Source of the DNA: Mytilus californianus
Lineage: Eukaryota
Direction of reading: 5' to 3'
DNA length: 64,000 nt
Assembly: GCF_021869535.1 (NCBI RefSeq)
Contig: NW_026262701.1
Coordinates: forward strand, 17,918,001-17,982,000
In this document: piece by piece, positions 37,626 to 50,221 of the stretch
Layout of the letters: the number at the start of each line of letters is the position of its first letter
Position numbering within the stretch: the first letter of the stretch is position 1
Translations under genes and position numbers: made by a program
The notes under the pieces: generated by a model
The model's input: only the letters and a program-made list of their open reading frames with translations
What the model was told of the DNA's origin: nothing
The model's database searches: none

Positions 37626-38771
37626 TCAAACCTTGAATTTTGGATGAAATCGGCCAATAAACAAAATTAGACCAGACTTTATATCCCTTACATTAAATAA
37701 AAACGGTCTATCTCCAGTGAATTGTGTTGCACTACTTCTAGCAGAAATTCCAAAAGCTGTACCAGCCGCTCCCTCTACGCCTGCTTCGTTGACATTGAAG
37801 ACACATTTATGAACAGCAATCTTGACGTATAAACCTTCTCTAATCTCGGTAATAAGATTTGAAAAGTTAGCTTTCAAATCGTTAAAAATATCCTTAACTC
37901 CAAGTTTTGGTAATTCTTTTGTTAGATCAAACTCGGACTCTAACTTAAATTTTGGAATGGCAACATTTACTTGTCTTAAATTAAATCCAGCGGAAATATC
38001 TTTAAAGAGTTCTGGTGTTAGCGTCGTTTCTATTTTCGGCAGCCCCTCAATTTCATGCGGTAAAACAAAGACCATATCAAAGTTTCCACCTTCGAATGGT
38101 AAAGCTATAGCAGAAAAGTCCGAACCTCGGAAATATGGAATAATTAGTTTTGTGTTCATCATTTCAACTTCAATCTTCTTGTTATTAGGGAGAAAGAAAA
38201 TCTGTTTCCTTGTGGAACTTTGAGGAAATTGTTTCTGCCATGTGGCTTTAAAGTATATTGCATTTATTATAAACATAACAGTCTGTGGTTCTAACCAGTC
38301 CTCATTAATTAGATCATTTATTTTGGCGTTTGTCTGTTTTGACACCCATCTATTCATCACGAATGCAGAAGCCTTGGGTCTTGAAAAGTCCTTTAAACTT
38401 ATATCGGCTCCAAAATATAGTTTTGCCTTTTTTCGGACATTTTGCAATACTGTGAATTTGTTGTTAACGAACAATCTATTTGCACTAGCCAAACTAACAT
38501 TGACTCCAGCATTTTGAATAATATAGCTATTTAGTGACTTATAATATTTCAACTTTTCCTCCTCTGAAAATATGTCATTTTTGAATACAGCATTGGATAT
38601 CTGTTGCTTAGATCGTCCGCTTGCTCCAATCATCAACAATAGAAACGCCGCCGTGATACTATATGGTGACAAACATACACTCTCTTGCTTATCTAATCCT
38701 TGATACAAAGATGTCGAGAATTCAATTAAACTTTGTTGATAGTCAACAGGAATTGCTGCAATCATAGACAT
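37626..38771 (-). CDS. Serpin 2, intronless CDS, 381 aa, no signal peptide
   Basis: Intact ORF. The conserved ATG is at 38771; the track's start at 38900 runs through upstream non-coding sequence. RCL is GTAFGISAR-SS, predicted P1 Arg. Confidence 0.95.
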   Translation of the reverse strand: MSMIAAIPVDYQQSLIEFSTSLYQGLDKQESVCLSPYSITAAFLLLMIGASGRSKQQISNAVFKNDIFSEEEKLKYYKSLNSYIIQNAGVNVSLASANRLFVNNKFTVLQNVRKKAKLYFGADISLKDFSRPKASAFVMNRWVSKQTNAKINDLINEDWLEPQTVMFIINAIYFKATWQKQFPQSSTRKQIFFLPNNKKIEVEMMNTKLIIPYFRGSDFSAIALPFEGGNFDMVFVLPHEIEGLPKIETTLTPELFKDISAGFNLRQVNVAIPKFKLESEFDLTKELPKLGVKDIFNDLKANFSNLITEIREGLYVKIAVHKCVFNVNEAGVEGAAGTAFGISARSSATQFTGDRPFLFNVRDIKSGLILFIGRFHPKFKV

Positions 38772-38801
38772 CACCCAGTCCTCATCAGTAGAAAATGTAA
38801 C

Positions 38802-38859
38802 ACTGAAATAAATCCGACTACAGAAAACATTGTATAAAGTATGTGCAAAAAATGCAAAT
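38802..38859 (-). promoter_or_regulatory. Putative core promoter of serpin 2
   Basis: TCAGT at 38806-38802, TATACAA starting at 38836 (32 nt upstream of the Inr A), ATGCAAAT at 38852-38859. Confidence 0.55.
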
Positions 38860-39159
38860 CGTATGTGAGTATTAACAAGATTTCGAACAAAATAATACAT
38901 TGTGTGTGCTCAAATGGATAATTTTGCTAAACTGCTTAACTTAACAAATTGTACAAAAATGTAGTGTTTTTAATATGAAGTAGAAAATGTCAGGTTGTCG
39001 TCATTTGATTATATGAGGGAAAATAACTTACCCAAGTGCACATAATTAGGGTTTTTGCATATAATAAGCAGAAGCAATATTCTGATTTATTTTCTCATAT
39101 TTATACATCTAGATATAATCAAATTTGCATTCATATTGAAACAAATCGTATTTCTCGGC

Positions 39160-39910
39160 TTGTCGCCTTTATTTCGTTTTTTTTATTCATATGAGGCGGA
39201 CTTCATGCACGGTTCATATTGCAAACATATATAAGAAATATTCATATTCTGCTATGCAGATGATATATTGGTGACTTTGATAACCGCATTGATCCCAGAT
39301 GAAGTTAACTTAAAATAAAGGAAACAAAGAAAAAACTTTAGTCTGCTTCATGTTTAGATTAACGTCCACATAATGACAATGTGGGTTGGTTGAGAGCTTA
39401 ACGCTACGACCATAGAAATGATGTTTCCGTCGTGAACTTTCCATTTCCAAGTATCAACATTTCAGTAACATCTGCATATGGAGTATGTATCTAAGTAGAT
39501 ATGATATTCCAGTGCTGCAGGTTTCCTTGATTAGGGTTACTCCTGACAAGGAACCTATCACATCAAGAGTTCAAAAATAGTGAAGTTAAAGTAATCCCCT
39601 TGAACATTGAACGGACGCCACCGTTTTTTGGTTGACCGTTTTAATACCTGTGTCTCAGATGACCACTAATACGTTCCAATGTCGTAACAATATTTCCGTC
39701 CACCACTGCATCTTGATTGTGACAATAAGAAATGTGACTAATCACCGATATTTACTTGATATGAATAGCACGGTATGTGTCATGAGTAGAGCAGAAACTG
39801 CTTACCCTTTCCTGGGAACCTGAGATCCTCATGGGGTTCACGTTGTGTCTGCTTTTGCTTTCCGAGTTGTATTTTTTGCTAATTTGATTTTCAACGTCTG
39901 TGGTGTCTCT
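39160..39910 (+). mobile_element. Decayed Penelope-like retroelement (RT C-terminal half plus 3' region)
   Basis: Degenerate YEADF, CYADD, YD.R.D...VNFP...NI...AYGV motifs, followed by the family 3' sequence (ACTGCTTACCCTT...ACCTGAGATC). Confidence 0.7.
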
Positions 39911-41014
39911 ACCGATAAAAGTATCATTTATCTTTGTCCATGAAAGCATCATTCTCATTTTAAACTTTAACACTCGGTCCAGTCTTCAGGTTAGGAAATT
40001 TTGGTACTGATATGTTTTGTATTTGATAAGATTTGTCATTATATTGTTAATATAGACCAATTAAACAGACAGGACTTGGTTTTTTATACATACAAACGTG
40101 GAAATTAGAGCAAACATGACAAACTCGTAGAATGCATTTGACTTTGGATTATAAACAACTATGAAATTACAAAACTTATCCTGTCAAAAAGTTTTAAAAA
40201 AAATTCATCATAAAAAATAGTTTTAATTGAGAAAAATGTCAGCAAAGATATCAGGCTTAACATTTGGTATACAAGATGCGCGTATCATACACATAAGTCT
40301 CATCAGTTGTGCTAGAAAAAGAACAATTGAAAGGCCAAATCGAATACGAAGTTGAGGAGTATTTAAATCGAAATTAGTGCCATACACGACTAAGGCAATC
40401 TATCGCCTGGGGAAGCAAAAAATTAGCGAAAAAATAGGAATGAGGGCTGAATGATGCAATTTCGACTATTCCACAGAAGGAATGACCAATTAAGTAAATA
40501 TATCGTCTTCATTAATTAATATCATCAATAAGTTCATTTTCGTTACAAGCCATAATGAGTATCTTTATGCGTAATAATTTGCAAAAGATGGATTCAACCG
40601 TGAACGGCATTGAACCTTGTATAGAAAAGAAATGCTTTAATCTTGGTTGAACCCGTGAAAAGGAACATAAAGACAGACAAGACGAGTATCTCTGCTGATT
40701 GTTGTTTTCTACTGACCCACCAACATTGCTTTGCATAACATAATTAGTTACAAACATACAACTGATATTTTTGGCATTGGGATTTATCAAGGATATGTTA
40801 GATCTTGTAAAAATACATTGAAATTTTGATCTCTTAAGTACATCGAGTGAATCTTCCCGTAGCGTTTTTATCAGCTAAGCTTTAAGGTAAACATTGGTAC
40901 CTTGGGCTTTTATGCATATCGTGGTCTGATAACTTCTCTCATGATATGTTGATTGAATAAAGTCTTCAATAGGGTAGTCTTGCTCATTAAAGATTCTAGG
41001 CTTTACATTTGGGT

Positions 41015-41057
41015 CGCCAGACGTGCGTTTCGTCTATATATGACTCATCAGTGACGC
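41015..41057 (-). ncRNA. Minimal type I hammerhead ribozyme (retrozyme/Penelope-type)
   Basis: GCGUCA-CUGAUGA-GUC(AUAUAUA)GAC-GAAA-CGCAC-GUC|UGGCG. Complete core, stems I and II, 2-bp stem III with a GCAC loop, GUC cleavage triplet (cut after 41020). Confidence 0.8.
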
Positions 41058-42107
41058 TCAAATCAAAATAGTTGGAAGGTCTCACCAAATACGAAGTTGA
41101 ACAGCATTAAAAACCGAACAATCCGAAGAGTTGTGCCAAATAAGGCTATGGCCATTTAAAAACTTTTATAGATTGAAGTTGTTATTAAAAAATACTTTTA
41201 ATTTAGAAGCAAAATATTTATTTCCCGTCAAAGGGTTTTCTCATATAAAGACTTGATTCTCTTTAGACGTAGGCAATTTAGTTCATCGGTTTTGCTGAGC
41301 AGATTAACATCAAAACGGTTAATTACAACATTATCTTTTTTCGCATTTAAAAAGCATACAGAAATGCTACTGAAATATGACGTAGCAACTTTCCCCTTGG
41401 TAACTTTAATACCAGCATTATAGCGACTATAAATAAACATTCTTGGTAAATATGACCCGACACCAATTCATTGATATAGTCTTGAAATAATTTCTAGTAG
41501 TCCTTTATTCAAAAGATTTGATTTTGGATTTAAAAGTTAATAAAGCCCAAAAATTAACAGTTATCGTTAATAACCGTTCGAGCTTTAGTTTTACCGTTAT
41601 CAACAGGATATGTTTGTGATTCTTTGCCATCTCTAGAGGCTTGAATACCAGTATAAACGTTGATAACACACACAGGATGATATTTTGTATTAAAATGTTC
41701 TGTCATTGTTTTGTTTATATGGTATACGGGTCCAATCACTTGCCTATCGTCTGTTATTATGCAGTCTCTTCATAACAAAAAATAGTTTTGAGAAAGAATG
41801 TCTACTCTAAAATACAAACTTTTACTGAAAAAACAAGGGCATGTCTAGTAAGTGATCATTTGATTAAAATGATTTCTGACTAGTTAGTTCGGGGATCACA
41901 ACCATACTCTTTGAATCTTTAATGGCGGCCGTTGCCAATGATGCTGGTATTTTACTAATTGTAAATTTACCTGAAATAAATGAAATTTCACTTTCTCTAG
42001 CCGATTTATTGTTACAAATTTATGTAAAGGTATCCACCTGGAATAATTGGTCAGGTTTATGATGTATAACTAACTAAAAAATGTAAATAACACTTTGTAA
42101 ATTGTAT

Positions 42108-42149
42108 GCGTCCGAAGGCCTTTTCTGGATTTACCCTCATCAGGAACGC
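42108..42149 (-). ncRNA. Minimal type I hammerhead ribozyme, second family
   Basis: GCGUUC-CUGAUGA-GGGUAAAUCCA-GAAA-AGGCC-UUC|GGACGC. Stem I has 6 bp; the stem III region AAGGCCUU is palindromic; stem II is weak and non-canonical. Confidence 0.6.
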
Positions 42150-42609
42150 TCTAAGCCAAATGTTTGAAAGTCAAGGATGTATAGGTAAAGGTTGTATTAT
42201 ATTTAACATATAAGGTCTTACAACTGATATATTAAGCAATATCCAGAGGACATACTCTACAACTTGAAAATATTGCAGAGGATAAACTACCTGTTTATGA
42301 GACTTTATTTAAAGATACATTTCTACCCCCCGACCTTCTAATACGAATTTATAAAAACAATCTAGTAAGGACTATCGGATATTTTGTGAAAAACATTCGA
42401 CATAATCAATATTCCCAAAACGAGTGCTTATAAATTCACCTAGATCAAATTGGTTTCCAGCTTATATTTTCCAAGTTCACATGAATTTGTACAGCCATCA
42501 TAAATACTAATATAAGGTTGTACTTTAAGTCCGATTTCTAAAAATAAACTCATAATAGATACCAGGATTAAAATTGAGTACGCCAGACGCGCATTTCGTC
42601 TACAAAAGA

Positions 42610-43240
42610 CTGTACAAATCACTGGTATAACTATAGGTCAACGTACGGTCGTCAATAATGAGTAAAACCCATACCGCATAGTCAGCTATAGGATGCCCCG
42701 AACTGACAAATGTAAAAAAAAACAAACGAGAAAAACTAACGGCCTGATTTATGTACAAAATAATGAGCGAAAAACAAATATGATTTACAGCAACAAACGA
42801 CAACCACTGAATTACAGGCTCCTGACTTAGGACAGGCACATACAGAATAATGCGGGTTTAAACTAGTTTGAAGGCGCCAACCCTCCCCTAACCTGGGACA
42901 ATGATGTAACAGTACAACATAAGAAAAAACTTTAAAAATCAGTTCAAAAGGGCTTAACTCATTAGATAGATACAAAGCAGAAATACATCATTCTAACAAA
43001 AACGATGAGTGGACGTGGCAGGGTACTTATACACCCCCACAACAAAAAGTACAGATCTGAAAATACTTGCAGTTACTGACAGCTAGTTCAAAGCCAATAG
43101 CAACTATTAAAAAAAATCACGCATCGACTAAAATATCAATCAATACACATCCAACATCCAATGGATTTAGTGTAAAGACGTCATTAACATAAGAGAAAAA
43201 CATGACCTTGTGCAATGCCAAAATACAGGTATAGACAGAT
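42610..43240. repeat. High-copy interspersed repeat family (GACTTAGGACAGG / GATGTGGTATGATTGCCAATGAGACAAC ends)
   Basis: Related pieces near 14558-14695, 17775-18090, 21047-21165, 25540-25645, 34470-34560, 50690-51100, 51548-51782, 52950-53050 and 59578-59822, in both orientations. Superfamily not assignable by eye. Confidence 0.75.
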
Positions 43241-43995
43241 TGTAGAGCCATGAATTTGCATATGTATATAAAAATAATATTTAGTTTGATTTTAATTTAC
43301 TGATACCAAATTAAAATCAATATTAATACCAATAAAAACAATATTCAAAGATCTGATTATAGTGTTGAATTGGTAACCTTTTAAAATAAGTGTATTTAAA
43401 GGATCGTAAGTTTACCCAGATCGTATTTAAATTTCCGGGCTCGGTAAACAACATCTCCGTAAAAATTAGGATGTGCTTTCCCGTCTAAAATAAGTTTTTT
43501 ACAGGAACAATCAAACTTCCAAACCAAATCTTTGTATCTATGGAAGAATTTAGTAAAGGTATTAAATCATTTGTGGTAACGAAATCCCTGACTTAATAAT
43601 TTACCAGTAATACATAGATTACGTTCGTTGAAATCCAATACGTCACAACTGTATTGTTAGGTCGACGGCTCATCGCCGTTTATCCTGTAACTGATATTTT
43701 TATATCATGCTGGACATTGGTAGAAAATCTTTCACCATATCTCTGATTCCTTCTGAATTTTTGGGAGGTTAACCTTAATATGCCACTGGATGTTGGTAAA
43801 CAAACAACAAAGAATCAATAAATGCAGTGGTACATTATAAAAGGACCTTTTTAAATTGAATAAAAGATGACTTAACACGTTTTTACATCAAAATGTATGT
43901 GATGCTTTAATAGCAAACAGTGAAGTCTCGATCTGTTTATGAATTTGGTAACGTACATTTGTTTGTGAAAATTATTATTGTTTAGTTGATAATAA

Positions 43996-45141
43996 TCATC
44001 CAGCTCTGACTTGTGGATGAAATCGACCAATGAACAAGATGAGACCAGATTTCACATCTCGTACATAAAACAAAAACGGTCTATTTGCTGTAAAATGACC
44101 ACCACTTTTAAAACCAACTCCAAAGACTGTGCCAGCTGCTCCCTCAACTCCTGCTTCGTTCACGTTGAAGACGGCTTTATGAACAGCATACATGACGTAT
44201 AACCCGGGAATTTTCTCCACAATAAGATCGGTAAAGTTAGCTTTAGAATCGTCAAAAATGTCTGTAACTCCAAATTTTGGTAATTCTGTTTTTAGATCAA
44301 ACTCAGACTGTAATTTAAATTTTGGAATGGCGATACTAGTAAATCTGCTTTTCAATCCAGTGGAAATCGTTTTAAGGAATTTGGGTGTAATTTTAGTTTC
44401 AATATTCTGGAGCCCCACTTTTTCATCTGGTAAGATAAAGACCATATCAAAATTTCCTCCCTTGAATGGTAACGCTATAACGGAGAAGTCTTGTCCTTGG
44501 AAATATGGAACAGCTATTTGTATGTTCATCATGTCAATTTCAATTGTTTTGTTGAAAGGGAGGTAAAACTTTCCTTTTCTTGTGTGTTTCGGTGAAAATT
44601 GCTTCTCCCACGTTGCTTTAAAATATATGGCATTTATTATGAACATTACTGTATTTGAATCCAACCATTTCTCTTTGATTAAATCCTTTATTTTACCGTT
44701 TGTCTGTTTTGACACCCATCTATTCATCATATATGCAGATGCCTTGGGTTTAGTGAAATCTTTTAAACTTATATCAGCTCCAAAATATTGCTTCGCTTTT
44801 TCTCTGACATTTTGCAATACTGTGAATTGGTTGTTTACAAAAAGCCTATTTGCACTAGCTAAACTAACATTTACACCAGCTTGTTCAATTATATAGCTAT
44901 CAAGTGACTTGTGATATTTTAACTTTTCCTCCTCTGAAAATATGCTATTTTGAAAAAGAGCAGATGATATTTGTTGCTTTGATCGTCCGCTTGCTCCAAT
45001 CATCAACAATAGAAACGCAGCTGTGATGCTATATGGTGACATACATACACTCTCTTGCTTGTTTAATCCTTGATACAAAGATGTCGAGAATTCAATTAAA
45101 CTTTGTTGATAGTCAACAGGAATATCTACTAACGAAGCCAT
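43996..45141 (-). CDS. Serpin 3, intronless CDS, 381 aa, no signal peptide
   Basis: Intact ORF with all serpin motifs. RCL is GTVFGVGFK-SG, predicted P1 Lys. Confidence 0.95.
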   Translation of the reverse strand: MASLVDIPVDYQQSLIEFSTSLYQGLNKQESVCMSPYSITAAFLLLMIGASGRSKQQISSALFQNSIFSEEEKLKYHKSLDSYIIEQAGVNVSLASANRLFVNNQFTVLQNVREKAKQYFGADISLKDFTKPKASAYMMNRWVSKQTNGKIKDLIKEKWLDSNTVMFIINAIYFKATWEKQFSPKHTRKGKFYLPFNKTIEIDMMNIQIAVPYFQGQDFSVIALPFKGGNFDMVFILPDEKVGLQNIETKITPKFLKTISTGLKSRFTSIAIPKFKLQSEFDLKTELPKFGVTDIFDDSKANFTDLIVEKIPGLYVMYAVHKAVFNVNEAGVEGAAGTVFGVGFKSGGHFTANRPFLFYVRDVKSGLILFIGRFHPQVRAG

Positions 45142-45169
45142 TATTTCAGTCGTGTAGATGTGATTAGAT

Positions 45170-45230
45170 ACTGAAATATAAAACTGCAGACAACATTTGA
45201 TTAAATATGTACATGAAAATTAATGCAAAT
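45170..45230 (-). promoter_or_regulatory. Putative core promoter of serpin 3
   Basis: TCAGT at 45174-45170, TATA-like TATTTAA at 45207-45201, ATGCAAAT at 45223-45230. Confidence 0.5.
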
Positions 45231-47873
45231 CTTATGTAAGTAGGAAAAGCTTCGAACAAAATAATATAAGTTTTTGCGGAAACGGGCAATTTAGGTCACC
45301 TTACTTGCTTTACAAATAGTTTATAAAAATCTGTTGCGCATTTAATAAAACGTAGAAAATGTCATGTTGTCGACAGATGACGACATTATGCGGTTACTCT
45401 AGGAAGGATTTCTATGTTTGAGATTGTAATTGTTAATCCATTAATAACACTAAATCACTACACGCAAATGAGATATCCTAAAATAAAGAAACGGTGCTTT
45501 TATTGCTGTTCTTCTTGTATTCAGGTAATGCCTTCAATGTAAAAATTCTCAGATCATTGTCAGTTCAATATGGCTCCTGTCAACGGTTTATGCGGAAAAA
45601 TTTGTAAGATGTGCTAAATGTCAAATATCAGCAAATTTTGAATAAAATATTGCAAATAAAAAATTAACTATACTGTGAGAAGTTCTCCGACATACAAACT
45701 TGAAAATACAGACACAATACAAACAGCCAACTACTGGGCATATAAAGATTTATGCTTAAGATAACTTTTACGAATAGAGCAATTGATTCGGGTGAACTTC
45801 ATAACAAATTTCAATATACAAACTGGCAGAAAGCAACTGGCCGCAAATGAGATAATGAAGTAGCACACATATAAGGAAAGTGATCTCTGGAATAAATAAT
45901 CAGGAACTGTATAGGCAAACATTTACAATTGAAACATTGAAATCTGTTTCCGGAATCCACGCACGAATAGCGCATACTTTAAAAATAAAACAAGTGAATG
46001 TGGATTTGTTTGTGATGTCCCGTGCTGTCGTTAATGGAAGATGTTCGTTGTTATTCTGCGGTTTACATGTTGTAACGATTATTATATTATTTATTTGTGC
46101 GTTTTTCTGTGCTGATTGTTCTTGCGTTTGTTTGTGCTGTATTTCTGTCACGTAGTGTTGTCATTTTAGCGATATTTTTTAACATTGCCATATAAGTGGG
46201 AGGTTTGGCTAGCCATAAAACAAGGTTCAACCCACCATTTCTTTCTTAAAATGTCCTGTACCAAGTCAGGAATATGGCAGTTGTTATCAAATAGATCGTT
46301 TCTATGTATGTTGGCGTTTGTTTTTGTTGCACTTCAGTGTTTCTGTTGTTCCGTTGTTTTCCTCTTAGAGTTGATGTGTTTCCCTCGGTTTTAGTTTGTA
46401 ACCCGCATTTGTTTTCTCTCAATCGATTTATGACTTTTAAACAGGGTATACTACTGTTTCCTTTATTTATCCGGAATTTTAAGAACAATTGTAATTTGAA
46501 ATATGTATTATTTGAGTAATATGAAAAGAGATGGTGATTGTGATTGAAAGAAGGTGTATGAAAAGACCAACGTGTTAGATGCTCAACGTCTCCTTTCTTT
46601 CAAACAAAAACATGTATTAAAAAATCCCGTGATCTCGTCCATTTACTGTACTTTTAACATTAAATACAATTGATTCGAATAGTTCAAGGTCAAAACAGTA
46701 AGTCGTGAATAGAAAATAAGATTAAAGAAATGCAAATGTAAGGGAAGTGCTTTAACAAAATATACATTAACTTTTCAATCAACGGGAAAATAAGTCAAAT
46801 GGGATTACATGCAGCGTCTTAAAAATGCACGTATTTATTTGACAAAATAAAAAAAAATACTTTAATAGTATGTTTGAGTAATGAATTTTCGCATGATAAA
46901 ACAGATCACATAGTTAAAAAAAATTATGTTCATAAGCAAATCACAAACATATATGTACTTATTGTACACCTTCAGATTTGTCTACATTTTTTGAGATGTA
47001 TGTACAAAACGATACTTGGAAACATGATTTATTTGTGATTGTTATTGGCTTTGTACGACTTTGCCCCCAACTATAGAAAAGACCAGCACAATAACCGGTG
47101 TAACACGGACACTTTTTATGAATAGAGTCACTCGTGCATTCAGTGAATTCATAGGCACTTTATCGTACTCCTTGTAATCTATTTACCTTGTTTTATAAAT
47201 ATAATTTATATGAAAAGTGTTCATAAAAACTATAATTATAAAAAAGCTATTTATGTCCAAAAATGCTGAAATTAAATAAAGTGTCTACAAAGTTACTGAC
47301 TGCAAGAGTAACTTCAACCATAAATTGTTTCCATGTACAAACCTCTCGTGGGTTTGCTTAGCAGTTAAGCTGCTATCTTTTAAATCGTCTAAATCGAACT
47401 ATACGGAGGATTTCCCCTTTTCTCTTCAAGGAATTTGCTTACGTCGAATTGTGATAGCACAAAATCAGTCTCAATATCAATAATTAAACGTCCACCCATT
47501 TTGCATATAAGGATGGAAAATGAAAAATATATTGGGTCACGTGATCAATTACTGTAATTAGCATGAAATGACCCCCCCCCCCCCCCCCCCAAAAAAAATG
47601 ATTTCCAAAATAATTAGATCAAAAAATTTAAAACGAGACTTAATAAATTATTTTTCATTGAATGTTATTCCCCATAAGCAGAGAAACAGCTCTTTTTATA
47701 TTTATATATTTTATTCTTTATTTTATTGATTTTGATAATATTTATACATGTTTTATTTACGTTTGTCTCATTGCTCTTTCTTATTTCATTTGCATACGTT
47801 GTTGAATTTTTAAATGTCTTAAATCTGTTAATCATATTTTTGTGTTTATTTTCTTTTTTGTGTGTTTTTTTTT

Positions 47874-47907
<34 letters not shown>

Positions 47908-47989
47908 TGGTCGGGGAAGGGGGCAATCCTTCCACTTTCAAAATGGGGATGGAGGAGGCAAAACATATTTTTTTGTTTGACTTTGTTTG

Positions 47990-50007
47990 TTTGCACGTAT
48001 GCATGCTTTTTTCTTTAATTTTGGGCCTTCAATATATAGATGGTTTGAAACTTTATATTCAGGGGCATCAAGTTGTGTTATAAATAATGGACACATGTCT
48101 AAGTTTTTTTCATTTAGAAAGAGGTTGCAGGCAACTCTTTCTTACTATTTATTTATAATTGGTGTTGAATTACTATCTTTGAAATTAAAAGGTAATCCTG
48201 ATATAAGGGGAATTACTGTCAACGATAATGAATCACTTTAAGCCAGTATGCAGATGACACATTCCTTATGTCAGATGGAAGGGAAATATCGTTGAGGGGA
48301 ACACTTTCATGTTTTGAATCTTTTTATAAAATTTCAGGTTTGAAAATAAATGCTTCAAAGACAAAAGCACTATGGGTTGGAAGTAAAAAATATTCAGATC
48401 TTATTTTATGTCCTGACTTAACACTTCATTGGTCACATTCAAATTTTAAACTTTTGGGGATTGATTTTTCTTTAGATATGAGCTGTATCACAGAAATTAG
48501 TTTTGCTAAGAAGATTAAAGAGGTCTCTGCAATTCTGAAGAGCTGGCATTATCGTAAACTCACGTTATTGGGGAAAATTACAGTAATTAAATCACTTGCT
48601 ATTTCCAAATTGGTCCACTTAATGACTGCATTGCCAAGCCTATCACATCCCAGGTTAATAGAGCTTACTTCTTTATTTTATGATTTCATATGGAATGGAA
48701 AACCAGACAGAATTAAGCGTAACACACTTACTGGTGCCATTTCACAAGGTGGACTTAATATGGTACGTCTTCATTCCTTTAATATTTATTTGAAAATTAG
48801 TCAAACCCTAGTGCTTGCTGGCAGCAGTTGTTACTGGCAGACCTTATTCAGTATGGCGGTGAAAGGATTTTACATCTTCAGAAAGAAAAGCTGATTGAGA
48901 TTTCTAAAAGGTGTAAAAATTCTTTCTGGAAGGATGTTTAACTATGCTTTTTTATTGCAAAACCTAATACTGAGATTTCTGTCAGTGACATTTTATCCTT
49001 AGATATTTTGAACTTTTCTTCTTTGGATGATTTTCCGTATTACATTCAATGAAAAAAGGGAGGTGTGCATTCAGTAAGTGACCTTATTCATCATGAAAAT
49101 ATCAATTTTTATAAATTTGAGCAATTTCAAGAAAAAGTACAAATAACAATTTTATCAAATATTATGATATGATTTAAAAAATCCCTAACACTATGAAAAA
49201 ATGCCTTAAAGAGAACTGTCTAAATCATGATACTTTCTTAAAGAAAACCATGTGAAATGTGAAAGCCAAATATGTATACAAAAACTTAGTAAATGTTGTT
49301 ATTCAGCTACCAACAATCAAATTTTTGAAATGGGAAGAAATGTTGTTTATTGATACAACAGAATGGTCAAAATATTTCATAACAAAAAAGTCATGTAGAG
49401 ATGCTTTTTTAAGAACCTTTCAATACAAATTTTTGCATAGAATTATAGCAACTAATACCTTTTTAAAAAAAAATTCAATTAAATGTTACCAAGTTATGTA
49501 CTTTTTGTAAACTTGGAGAAGAAACCATTGAACACTTTTTCTTGAATGCCCAATAACTCTTCAATTGTGGCAGTCTTATTCAAATATTGTGAAACTTTTT
49601 TTGTAAACTTTGTTCTCAACAAAGAGAATGTGCTTCTTGGTTGCAAACATGAAAGTTTGTTATTGAATCTGCTAGTCATAATTACAAAGAATTATATGTA
49701 TAAATGTAAATTATATGAAACAAAACAAAATATGGTTGAGTTAAAGAATAGAATAAAGAAATACCAATTTCTTGAATATCATATTGCAAAGAAAAATAAT
49801 AAAGTCCAAGTTTGTGGAAAATTTTGGTCTCCTTTACATGTAATATTTAACTAAATATTGTTTCATATTATCTATTTTTTAGTTAAGTGAAAAGAAATAA
49901 GTTATATACTATGAGCAAATGTATGTTTGTCTTTAAAATAATTGTATTAAAAAGTAAGTCATGATACATATTGTAGCAAAACAGATGAGTGAAAAGTATT
50001 AGTGTTG

Positions 50008-50044
<37 letters not shown>

Positions 50045-50221
50045 AAATAAAATTTATATGTAACCTTAAATACTCTTATTGTAAAAATCAATTAGTCAGA
50101 GATATATGTTGTATACTGCATTATTTTCTATATTTAACCCCTTGATACCCTTGTCAGGTGGTCGAGTATGGGAATATGTAAAATCCTGACTATTGAAAAA
50201 CAAATAAGAGATTAAAAAAAA
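47990..50221 (+). mobile_element. 5'-truncated, decayed L1/Tx1-like LINE (RT C-terminal half, zinc-knuckle region, 3' UTR, poly-A)
   Basis: SQYADDT at 48241-48261, SGLKINASKT, FKLLGI, LTLLGKITVIKSLAISKLVH, FQYKFLHRIIATN...ETIEHFFLEC across broken frames; A-tail at about 50214-50221. Confidence 0.88.
50011..50042. repeat. (GA)16 microsatellite in the LINE 3' region
   Basis: Direct reading. Confidence 0.95.

Noticed and set aside
38772-38900. N-terminal extension of serpin 2 in the ORF track (424 aa)
   Set aside because: Runs through the conserved promoter-like region. The paralogues have no equivalent open frame, and the conserved ATG is at 38771.
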